Source of the DNA: an uncultured delta proteobacterium | Lineage (GTDB): Bacteria > Desulfobacterota > Desulfuromonadia > Desulfuromonadales > JACZKF01 | Direction: 5' to 3' | NCBI GenBank assembly: GCA_963816395.1 | Contig: CAWFKQ010000009.1 | Location: 256,001-320,000 of the forward strand | Length of the DNA: 64,000 nt | Translations under genes and position numbers: made by a program | Part shown: in pieces, positions 55,159 through 64,000 of the stretch | Position numbering within the stretch: the first letter of the stretch is position 1 | How the letters are laid out: each line of letters begins with the position of its first letter | Notes under the pieces: generated by a model | The model's input: the letters and a program-made list of their open reading frames with translations, nothing else | The model's database searches: none | Told to the model about the DNA's origin: nothing

Positions 55159-55187
55159 CTAATTATGGCGAATTCGCCGCAATTAAA
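55159..55187. repeat. Intergenic palindrome with the same scaffold as the intragenic one
   Basis: C-TAATTATGGCGAATTCGCCGCAATTA-AA; 11 of 13 arm positions pair. Confidence 0.88.
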
Positions 55188-56960
55188 CCGACACCTCGAC
55201 AATGGTCATGGTGTCGTTGCCGAAGATATCGACCACCTTCACCGCGATCTTGCGCCGGCCCGGCGGGCATGCCGCGCGCCTCGTCGAGGACGTTGGGGAA
55301 AAGCCCCATCTCGAACTCGAAACCGAGGATATCGACCTTGGTGATGTGCTTCTTGCGGCACTCCAGGATGATCTCCTCGACGAAGAGCCGCGTCACCGGC
55401 AGGTTGACCGGCCCCACCGCCACCAGCCGCCCGGCGCGCTTGCCGTGGAAGGAGGCGAAATTCTCCACTTTTTCCGCCCGGTAGGCGCGCAGGATCAGGT
55501 CGAGAAAGGCCGCCTCCTTGGCGGCGAGCTGCTGCTGTTTCTGCTCTTCGCGCAGGTCGGGATTGACGCCGATGTAGTGCTGGCGCTCGTACTTGCCGAG
55601 ATTGAGGATCTCGAAGGCGCGGTAGTCCTTCCCCTCGCCCTTCAGCTGCCGCTGCACGCCGATCATCCGCTTGCGGGTGGTGTGGATTCCGAACTTGCCG
55701 AGATCGGTGGCGATCCACTTGCGGCCGAGCTTCTCCGCTACCGCCGCCGTGGTCCCCGAGCCGCAGAAGAAGTCGGCGATCAGGTCGCCTTCGTTGGACG
55801 AGGCTTGGATGATACGTTCGAGGAGGGCTTCGGGTTTTTGGGTGGGATAGTCGATCCGTTCACCAGCTGAGGAGTTCAAAGCCGAAAACTCATTCCATAC
55901 ATCATGTATTGCCACGCCCTTGAGTTCGTTAAGCGGAGTTTTCAGGCGTGGCTTTCCACCCTTGGAGAAAGCAATCCTTCCACGCGCCATCAAGTCGTCA
56001 ATGCCGGCTTGATCATATGCCCAATGTCTCCCGGGAGGTGGTTGAATGCTTTCGCCGTTAAAAGTCCGAGCAGGGCCTGAACCTGCACCAGTGAGGTCGG
56101 ACAGCCGATAAATCGTGCCATCTCCTTCTGTCAAGAAATCATGACCACGTGCATTGTCTTCTGTTTGGGGGACTGTTGGAGGCGACCAAATGATCCGATC
56201 AGTTTTAGAGTAAAAATAAATTAGGTCATGTACTCGTCCTAATTGATTTACCCCTTTCCGGCTGCTTGTTCTCTGCCAAACAATTTCGTTTCTGAAGTAG
56301 TCTGGTCCAAAAATTTCATTCATCGCCAAGCGGATGAAGGCATTTACACGCGGATCGCAATGCACATAAATACTCCCATCCTCCGCCAGCAGATCCCGCA
56401 TCAGCACCAGACGCTCGTGGATCATGGCGATGAAGGAGTCAGCCCCCTTCCCCCAGGTGTCGCGATAGGCGATCTCTTCGAGGATGTTCGGCTTCTTGGT
56501 AAAAGTGTCGCCGCCGATCTCGATGTCCATGGAGAAGTCGGCGCCGACGTCGAAGGGCGGGTCGATGTAGATGAGCTTGAGGCCGCCCTGCTTCTCGATC
56601 TCCTCGCGCAGGGGGCCGTTCTTCAGGACTGGAGAGGATCAGCTTGTTGTCCCCCCAGATCAGCTTGTTGGTCCAGCCCTTGAGCTGCCGGCCGCGACCA
56701 TCCAGCGAAATTCCACCCCAACGAAACAGGGGATCGTCCAGCTTGGTCTCCTCCGGCTTCTCGGCGCGCGGCTCGTCGACCTGTTCGATGGTCTGAAAGG
56801 GGAGAACGATGTTGCAGACCTCGCCGGTCTTGCCGCTCCAGACCAGCTCCACCTCGCGCTTGTCGCCGAAGAGGAGAAAGCGGTACTTCTCCGGCAGCGG
56901 CTTGTCCGCCTCGAGGAAGCGGACGATTTCCTGCTTCTCCTGCTCACTCAGCCGCAGCAT
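55183..56960 (-). CDS. mod: Type III Mod DNA methyltransferase (frameshift ~56630, probable internal deletion at ~55270)
   Basis: NKLIWGDN, LIYIDPPF, YPTQKPEALL, DFFCGSGTT (beta-class order); C-terminal RKIAVKVVDIFGNDT out of frame after ~55270. Confidence 0.88.
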
Positions 56961-59119
56961 TTATCTATCCCCCTCCTGCAAACGCGCCACATAGGCGCCG
57001 AAACTGTGCCCGGCGATCATGACCATCAGCGGAATTTCTGTCAGTGGCACGGTCTCGTCGGCGACCGCCTCGGCCACCAGAACCATCTGCTCCCAGGGGA
57101 CCGGCGGCTTCTTTGCTGATTTGAGCCAGAGGGCGGCCAGCACCAGGCGCTCCAGCCACTGAGGCCGGCGCGGCTGGAGGATCTTGTCCAGGATCGCCGT
57201 CACACAGCGCTCGGGCTCGGGGTAGCGCTTCTTCCCCTGGGCCTTTTTCACTACGGCGTCGACCTCGGCGTCGTCCTCGAACCACGAGTGAGCAAAGGGC
57301 TGATCTTCCGGCCAGTCCCCGGATGCCTCCAGTGCCTGCAGCCGGTAGCTCTCGCCGGCGAAGCGGCCGCCCCGGCGTTCCAGTTCGGCGCGCAGCCCGG
57401 CAAGTTCAGCGGCGGCATCCAAGGGCACCGCCTTCCACTGATCGCAGCCAAGGCGCTCGGCGATGGCCACCAGCCAGTGGCAGGGGACCTTGTCGTGGCT
57501 GGCGCCGTCGGCGAGGGCCTGGCAGATGCGCCGGTGCAGGTAGTCGGCCGATACCTCCACCGCGCCGGTCTCGCGGCGCAGCATGGCGAGAAATTCGCTG
57601 CGCTCGCGCTTGCCGGCCAGGGGGACCAGGAAGGCGTCGGCGACGCCGGAGCCTTTCTTGGGCATGATCGAGCAGCAGAGGAAACCTTTCCCCTCCGGCA
57701 CCAGCACCTGAAAGGTCTGGGCCATCGCCCCGTCGACGGCGCTGGCGTAGACGGTCGTCGCCACCCGCTTGGGCAGTGGAGCGCATTCCACCCTCGCTTT
57801 GCGGGCGTTGGCCACTGCCAGGTCGATCCGGACGCGCAGCGCCTCGGGGAACCAGTTGCGGGCCACGATCAGTCGCCGCAGACTCGCCGGAGTCAGCGCC
57901 AGGCCGTCGAACTCGGCCAGCGCCTGCGCCACCCCGGCACGGACTTCGGCCTGCGGATGGAAGAGCATCAGCGCCGCCGCCTCGCGGATCGTCGGGTGTT
58001 CGGCCCCAGCATCAGCCGGCAAAGATTGACCTGCACCTCGACGTTCCCCACGGCCATCATCTGCAATATCGCTTCGAAAAATTCGTGGGGAGTGCCGGCG
58101 CCCTCTTCTTCCAACTCTTCCAGCAGTCCGCGCATCGCCTGTTCGGGGTCGGCGACGAAATCGGGATCGGCATCGAGCCCGGCTAGCATGCGCCGGTTGT
58201 TGGCCTCATGCAGCACTGGCAGTATCTCAATGCGGGCGCCGAGCAGTTCCTGGGTCACCATGGCGCCGAGTTGGGGCTCGACCCCTTGGGCGAAAACGTG
58301 CCGGGCCAGAGCTTTCTGCCAGCGTTCCATGCGCCGCGCCGCCTCCGGCCGCCGCCGCTCCAGGTCGACCCGCAGGATTTCCAGAACGTCGCGCAGCAGC
58401 CGCAACGCCGCTTCGAGTCGTGCGTCCTCGTTATCCTGGTCGAAACAGGCGACAAGTTGTCCGGCCAGATCCTCGGCAGCCAGCTCCTGGGCATGGAGGT
58501 AGTCGCGCAGTTCCGTTTGCCGAGCACCGTGGAGTTCGAAGGGGATTTCGTCAAGATAGCGTTCGACCCAGCTAGCCATCCCTTCCACGGCCGGCGAATC
58601 CTGCGGTTTCCTGCGCCGGCCGACCGGCGGGGTGCGGGCGGCTGCCTTGAGCAGGCTCTCAAAGGCACCGAAGGGGTTTTCCCCTTCCGGCGGTTTGATG
58701 ACGCGTTCCACCGTCCCCGGCTTCGGAAAGGGTTCGCCTCGATAGGCATGCCCGTCCATCTTCTTGCGTACCTGTTTGTACCTCCGATGCATCCCCTTGA
58801 GCCAGTCGGGATTATCGTTGATCGCCTCGACGAAGATCTGCAACAGGTCCTCGGCGCCCGCTGCCTGTTTTTCCGATGCGTTGAGGAATGGTCCGGCTAG
58901 AGGTTCATCGGGGTCGAAACCGAATTCTATCGTCGCCAGGCGTTTTCCTTTGCTGTTGGCGACCAGGATCGCGGTGCGCCGGCAGTCGCACCCCTCTTCC
59001 ACGCAATAGGCTTCGATAAAGGCGTACTCTCCGGCTTTCGCCTTGCCTGCCTTGCGCGGCAGAGAGAGACCGACGACCCCCTCCTCGGCATCGGGAAAAA
59101 GCAGCGGATAAGGGACCAT
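56961..59119 (-). CDS. Large hypothetical protein (~720 aa; frameshift in a G run at ~58005)
   Basis: ORFs 57968..59119 and 56961..58022 join on adding one G; N-terminal EAYCVEEGCDCRR motif; stop abuts the mod start. Confidence 0.7.
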
Positions 59120-59147
59120 GCCAGGGAAATCGTCGAATTCTTCATGT

Positions 59148-60228
59148 TCAATAAACCTTCAACTCCCGATACAGCGTATCCCGCTCGACCGGCACCTTCC
59201 CCGCCTTGCGGATGAGGGCGACGATCTGCTCCTTGCCGAGGGCCTGCGGGGAGTCGGCGCCGGCGTCGTGGCCGATCTTCTCCTCGACCACCGTGCCGTC
59301 GAGGTCGTTGACGCCGAAGGCGAGGCCGACCTGGGCGATCTTCAGGCCGAGCATCACCCAGTAACCCTTGATGTGGCGGAAGTTGTCCAGGTAGATGCGG
59401 CTGATCGCCAGAGTCTTCAGAGCGTCGACGCCGCCGACTCCCTTCGCCCCCGGCACCCGCGTGTTGTCCGGCTGGAAAGCGAGGGGAATGAAGGCCTGGA
59501 AACCGCCGGTGGCATCCTGCAGGGCGCGCAGGCGGGCGAGGTGGTCGACCCGGTCGGCGTACTCTTCCAGGTGGCCGAAGAGCATGGTGGCGTTGGTCTT
59601 CAGGCCGCTGCGATGCACCGTCTCGATGACCTCCAGCCAGCGCTCGCCGGAGATCTTCTCCGGACAGATTTTGTCGCGCACCCGCTGCGCCAGGATCTCC
59701 GCGCCGCCGCCCGGCATGGAGCCGAGGCCGGCCGCCTTGAGCTCGGCGATGACCTGCGCCACGCCCTGGCCGGTGAGGCGGGCGAAATAGTCGATCTCCA
59801 CGGCGGTGAAGGCCTTGATGTGCAGTCGGGGGTTGTCCGCCCGGATGGCGGCAAGCATCTCCAGGTAGAAATCGAAGGGGAGATCGGGATGCAGCCCCCC
59901 CACCATGTGGATCTCCGTCGCCCCGGCGGCACTCGCCTCCGCCGCCTTGGCCAGGATGTCGTTGAGGGCCAGGGTGTAGCACCCCTCGTCCTCCACCCCC
60001 TTGCTGAAGGCGCAGAAGGTGCAGCGGTTGACGCAGATGTTGGTGTAGTTGACGTGCCGGTTGACGTTGAAGTAAACCCGCTCGCCGTTCTGCCGGCGGT
60101 TGGCGAGGGCCGCCAGTTCGCCGATGGCCAGCAGGTCGTTCGATTGGAACAGGGCGAGGGCCTCGGCATCCGATGACCCGTTCGCCGGCTGTGATCTTGT
60201 CGCGAACCTGATCAAAGAGAGTGTTCAT
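59148..60228 (-). CDS. mqnE: Aminofutalosine synthase (frameshift ~60176)
   Basis: NRHVNYTNICVNRCTFCAF, VGGLHP, KAFTAVEI, HIKGYWVMLG, DLDGTVVEEKI.H.AGA. Confidence 0.92.
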
Positions 60229-60236
60229 GGTCTTCC

Positions 60237-60268
60237 AATTCAAAATTCAGCATTCAGAATTTAAAATT
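60237..60268. repeat. AT-rich heptanucleotide tandem repeat between ubiX and mqnE
   Basis: AATTCAA AATTCAG CATTCAG AATTTAA AATT. Confidence 0.75.
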
Positions 60269-60270
60269 CC

Positions 60271-60880
60271 CTACGCACTCCCGTCCTCTCCCCAGCGCTG
60301 GAACAGCTTGTGCGGGATCTTCAGGCTGTCGAGGATCTTCCCCACCATGTAGTCGACCAGGTCCTCCACCGATTTCGGCCGGTGATAGAAAGCGGGCATG
60401 GCCGGAATGATGCGAGCGCCGGCGCGGGCAAGGAGCAGCAGGTTTTCCAGGTGGATGGTGTTGAACGGGGTTTCCCGGGGGACCAGGAGAAGTTCGCGCC
60501 TCTCCTTGAGGATGACGTCGGCCGCTCTTTCCACCAGGTTGCTGCTGAGACCGGCGGCAAGGCGCCCGGTCGTCCCCATGGAGCACGGGACGACCACCAT
60601 TGCATCGGGCGCCGAGGAGCCGCTGGCGATCGGCGCGAACATGTCGGTCTCCCCGTAGTGCTCGAGCTTGCGGCTGCCGCCGAAATAATCGCGCATCAGC
60701 CCCTTGCGTTCGAAGGTGGTTCCCTCCCACTCCAGCCCCGTCTCGTAACGCAGCACGTCGAGCCCGGATTTGGTGAGCAGCAGGATCGACCCGGCAGTCG
60801 GCTCGCAGCAGCTCCTCGGTGAGCCGCAGCCCGTAAATGGCGCCGGAGGCGCCGGTGATGGCGACGACGATCTGTTTCAT
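60271..60880 (-). CDS. ubiX: Flavin prenyltransferase (frameshift ~60788)
   Basis: AITGASGAIYG, IASGS, PCSMGT, RAADV.LKERR, PRETP, PAMPAFY. Confidence 0.93.
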
Positions 60881-60963
60881 GGCTGAACCCCTTTCACCAC
60901 CCGCTCGCTGTATTCACTGGAGGCACGGGGATACGGAAAAAACTGGAGAACTTGAAGATCTTT

Positions 60964-61172
60964 TCTCACGTGACGACGCAACGACGCAACGTAATTCAAA
61001 GTCTTTGAAGAATCCTTTATGCACTGGCTCCAGTGACAGTCAGAGCCAAGAGCCGGCGAATGGATTCAGACAGATCAAGATGCGTGATCTGCGGATATTT
61101 TAACCAGATTCACAGGGTTTGGCCGTGACATGTCAGATTTTCGTCGCGGCATCGTCGCGTCGCCGCGCGAGA
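60964..61172. repeat. Octanucleotide-based inverted repeat enclosing a 150-bp spacer between mqnP and ubiX
   Basis: TCTCACGTGACGACGCAACGACGCAACG (60964-60991) and CGTCGCGGCATCGTCGCGTCGCCGCGCGAGA (61142-61172). Confidence 0.72.
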
Positions 61173-61192
61173 ATGCTTTTCAGGTTCTCCCC

Positions 61193-62065
61193 TCAGAGCA
61201 GCGCATCCATCAGGGTGAAGGCGAAGATGGTCACGCTGATGTAGCCGTTCATGTTGAAGAAGGCCGCGTCCAGCCGGGAGAGGTCGTCCGGCCGGACCAG
61301 CCGGTGCTCGTAGACGAGCAGGCCGCTGACCACCGCCACCCCGAGCAGGTAGATCCCGCCGAGGCCGGTTCCCAGCGGCAGCAGCAGCAGGAGCAGGACC
61401 ATTATCGCATGAAAGACCCGTACCAGCCGGATCGAGCCTGCCACCCCCAGCCTGGCGGGAATCGAGTGGAGCCCCCGGGCGCGGTCGAACTCCAGATCCT
61501 GCAGGGCGTAGAAGATGTCGAAGCCGGCCACCCAGAGCAGGACGGTCAGTCCCAGCACCAGGATCGGCCAGCCGACGTCGCCGCGCAGGGCGATCCAGGC
61601 GCCGATGGGAGCGGCGGCCAGGCAGACCCCCAGGACCAGGTGGGCGAGGGCGGTGAAACGTTTGCAGAAAGAGTAGAGAAAGAGGAAGAAAAGGGCCACC
61701 GGCGCCAGATAGAAGCACAGGGGGTTGAGCATCCAGGCGGCCAGCAGCAGCAGGGCGAAGGAGGCGGCGACGAACAGCCAGGCCTCCCGCCGCGAGACCT
61801 TGCCCGCCGGGATGTGCCGGCTGGCGGTGCGCGGGTTCTCGGCATCGATGCCGGCGTCGATGATGCGGTTCAGCCCCATGGCGCCGCTGCGCGCTCCGAC
61901 CATGGCCAGACAGATCCAGAGCACCTGGGCGCCCGTCGGCGGCGCCCCGCTGGCCATCGAGGCCAGCACCACTCCCATCAGGGCGAAGGGGAAGGCGAAG
62001 ACGGTATGGGAGAATTTGATCATCTCCAGCAGGGTGCGGGTTCTCTCCAGAACGGTAGCGGTCAT
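61193..62065 (-). CDS. mqnP: UbiA-like polyprenyltransferase of the futalosine pathway
   Basis: IKFSHTVFAFPFA, NRIIDA.ID..NPRT..R, WVAGFDI.YALQD..FD, FFNMNG. Confidence 0.88.
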   Translation of the reverse strand: MTATVLERTRTLLEMIKFSHTVFAFPFALMGVVLASMASGAPPTGAQVLWICLAMVGARSGAMGLNRIIDAGIDAENPRTASRHIPAGKVSRREAWLFVAASFALLLLAAWMLNPLCFYLAPVALFFLFLYSFCKRFTALAHLVLGVCLAAAPIGAWIALRGDVGWPILVLGLTVLLWVAGFDIFYALQDLEFDRARGLHSIPARLGVAGSIRLVRVFHAIMVLLLLLLPLGTGLGGIYLLGVAVVSGLLVYEHRLVRPDDLSRLDAAFFNMNGYISVTIFAFTLMDALL

Positions 62066-62333
62066 CTCTTCTGCCTCGCCGGAATCGGTCGCCTCATGAA
62101 TTCGCCAGTGTACACCGCCGGTCCGGGCGCGACAAGGGCTTTTGCCGCCGCGGGGACCTCAATGAAAGCTCCACCAGAAGCCGCCGCGGTACCCGGACGA
62201 TAAGAATAGCTGGAGGGAGCAGCGGCCGGTCATGGCGCAATTCTACCATTCACCGCCGGCCGTTCGCCAGTGGCCGGCGGGTTGCCATTTCCCTGCCGTT
62301 CGTCATACTTGGCTAGTAGGAAAGGAGACCGTC

Positions 62334-62600
62334 ATGGAGATAGGGAAGATTTTTACCTGTCAGGAATGCGACGCCAACATCGAGGTTGCGGACCTCTACA
62401 ATACCGATACCGTGGTTTGTCACAACTGCGGCCAGACCTACTCCCTGCGCTGGGTGGAGCGGGAGAAGGCTTACGATCTGCTGCCGGTGGAAGCGGTGGA
62501 GCCGGAAGCCCGCAACACGGCCGAGGAGGAAGAAGATGAGCCGTTCCGGGTGCTGGATGAGCCGGCCGGGCCGCGCGAGGACGATCTGGACAGGTACTGA
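62334..62600 (+). CDS. Small zinc-ribbon protein with an acidic tail (LysW-like architecture)
   Basis: AAAGGAG RBS, CQEC...CHNCG, E/D-rich C-terminus. Confidence 0.75.
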   Translation: MEIGKIFTCQECDANIEVADLYNTDTVVCHNCGQTYSLRWVEREKAYDLLPVEAVEPEARNTAEEEEDEPFRVLDEPAGPREDDLDRY

Positions 62601-62614
62601 AGGGCGGGAGCACG

Positions 62615-63017
62615 TCAGCTTCCGCTTCCCTTTTTCGGCCGGCCGCACCAGCAGGGTGAGGCCGCGGGTTGCCTGAACCTCCACTTTCTCCCCGGCTTCG
62701 ACCCTCCTGCCCCCCTGCACCTCGGCCCGCCAGAGTTCGCCGCGAACCAGGATATATCCCGAGGGCGCCAGACGCTCGCGGGCGATGCCGCATTCGCCGA
62801 TAAGGGAGCCGAAGGTGCGGTCGCCCGGCTCATAGGCGCGGCGCATGAGGGGAAAGAGGGCGGCGTCCTTGGCCACCCATAAGGCGATGACGGTCCACAC
62901 CAGCCACAGGGGAAGGGCAAACCAGTGGCGCAGCAGGAACATGAGCGCCGCCATCAGCAGCCAGGAGGGAAGCTGCACCAGGATGTACTTGGCTACCGTC
63001 CGGGTGTTTCGCCCCAT
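62615..63017 (-). CDS. NfeD-like membrane protein (3' end probably frameshifted; stop approximate)
   Basis: Two TM helices, LIGE.G.A...L.P.G.I.VRGELWRA...GEKVEV....GLTL.V. Confidence 0.8.
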
Positions 63018-63044
63018 GCTCTCCACCGTTTTCCCCGGCAGAAG

Positions 63045-63067
63045 AAAAGCGGGAGAAACCCGCTTTT
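63045..63067. terminator. Intrinsic terminator downstream of the small protein gene
   Basis: AAAAGCGGG-AGAAA-CCCGCTTTT. Confidence 0.65.
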
Positions 63068-63090
63068 CAAAGCAGATGAAGGCATGCGCC

Positions 63091-63279
63091 TCAGGACGGC
63101 GACACCTCCTGGCAGAATTCGCTCCCCCAGGTCTCGCGCCGGTCTCCCACCTCCACTTCCAGGCGGTTGCCGCTGCAGAACTTGACCCGGCCCTTCTCAT
63201 GGCTGCCGGTGTTTTCCACATACCTGGTTTCGCCCGCTTCGATTGCCTGGCAGAACTGTTCGAACTCCTTCCGTTCCAT
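63091..63279 (-). CDS. Small hypothetical protein (62 aa), paralog of 42845..43039
   Basis: GAGGAG RBS, TATAAT upstream (~63340-63345), 30/58 identity to the first copy. Confidence 0.85.
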   Translation of the reverse strand: MERKEFEQFCQAIEAGETRYVENTGSHEKGRVKFCSGNRLEVEVGDRRETWGSEFCQEVSPS

Positions 63280-63447
63280 GGTTCTCTCCTCTCCCCGCCC
63301 CGGGGCCATGGCTCCGGTCGTGGCGGAATTCTTCATCCCATTATACCGCCGAAACGACCCGCTTCAGGAACCGGCCGCGAGGGGTGGAAGCGGAAACCGC
63401 GGGCACGCCACTGGCGATTGAGGCGGGTACAGCCTTGTCCCCGGCCC

Positions 63448-64000
63448 TCAGCGGTCGCGAAAGATGAGATGCTCCAGGACCATGACAGCCAGGACCCCGA
63501 CCACGAAGCCGTTGCCGAGGACCGGCTGCAGGACGGCGGGAAAGGTGGCGAGGGCGGCGGGGGGGAGGAAGGCGATGACCGTTCCCAGCAGCAGGGGGAG
63601 ACCGATGACCAGCCCGTGCGGGAAACGGAACGGCTCCTTCCCCTCGAAGAGCACCAGCAGGCCGGCAGCGACCTGGGCGCAGAGGATGTACAGCAGGACG
63701 CTGCCGACCACCACGTCGGGGATGCGGCCGATGGTGCCGATGGCGGCCGGGGAGAAGGAGAGCAGCAGCAGCAGGCCGGCCGCCGGCAGCAGGGTGAAGC
63801 GGGAGGCACAGCCGGTGGCGGCGACCACCCCGGGGCTGAGGGAGAAGTCGACCGGGCCGAGGACCCCGAAGAAGCCGGCGAGGGCATTGGCCAGGCCGGT
63901 AAAAGTAATGCCGCGGCTGACCCGTCCGGGCAGATCGGCCGGTCGCAGCAGCTCGGCAATCGACTGGATGGAGCCGAGATCGTTCACCGCCAGGGCCAGG
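63448..64000 (-). CDS. Xanthine/uracil permease (NCS2 family), 3' part only
   Basis: NDLGSIQ, RGITFTGL.N, S.SPGVV..TG.ASR, IP..VVG, LGNGFVVG. Confidence 0.85.
   Translation of the reverse strand, partial: LALAVNDLGSIQSIAELLRPADLPGRVSRGITFTGLANALAGFFGVLGPVDFSLSPGVVAATGCASRFTLLPAAGLLLLLSFSPAAIGTIGRIPDVVVGSVLLYILCAQVAAGLLVLFEGKEPFRFPHGLVIGLPLLLGTVIAFLPPAALATFPAVLQPVLGNGFVVGVLAVMVLEHLIFRDR

Noticed and set aside
59122..59152. Third copy of the KilA-N palindrome at the mqnE/island boundary (contains GAATTCG)
   Set aside because: The arms are not complementary and the TTTAA/TTAG scaffold is mostly absent.
51600..59160. Direct repeats (att sites) at the island ends
   Set aside because: Comparing the mqnE 3' end with the res/mqnC junction by eye showed no shared sequence.

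Overview
GC-rich chromosomal window that, by gene content (sfrBA, futalosine menaquinone genes, c-heme sensor), most likely comes from a Desulfuromonadales/Geobacterales-type bacterium. Most of it is housekeeping: glmUS, pcnB, folK, sucCD, def-fmt-htpX-rsmB-rpe, yitJ, sfrBA, radC, pfkA, rpsA-like, rnd, mutY, pgi and hisC. Many conserved genes carry single-base frameshifts, which points to long-read indel errors. The one clearly accessory block is a ~7.5 kb cassette (51631-59119): a ~720-aa unknown protein, a type III Mod, a KilA-N protein and a type III Res. It sits between mqnE and mqnC inside the menaquinone operon, has no integrase or terminal repeats that I could see, and its last stop codon overlaps the mqnC start. 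The most striking signal is a pair of 29-bp palindromes with the same scaffold (TTTAA-N6-CGAATTCG-N6-TTAG) but different arms. One lies inside the KilA-N coding sequence and one directly upstream of its RBS. Every junction of that operon, and several other intergenic sites, carries hepta/octanucleotide inverted tandem repeats or REP-like palindromes. Other observations are a 29-aa sigma-54-type small membrane gene below the ORF-track cutoff, a pair of paralogous ~62-aa Cys/His proteins 20 kb apart, an output-less heme-HAMP-PAS sensor and an RNase HII-like protein. I found no rRNA, tRNA, CRISPR array or IS element. All family assignments come from motif recognition, not database searches.
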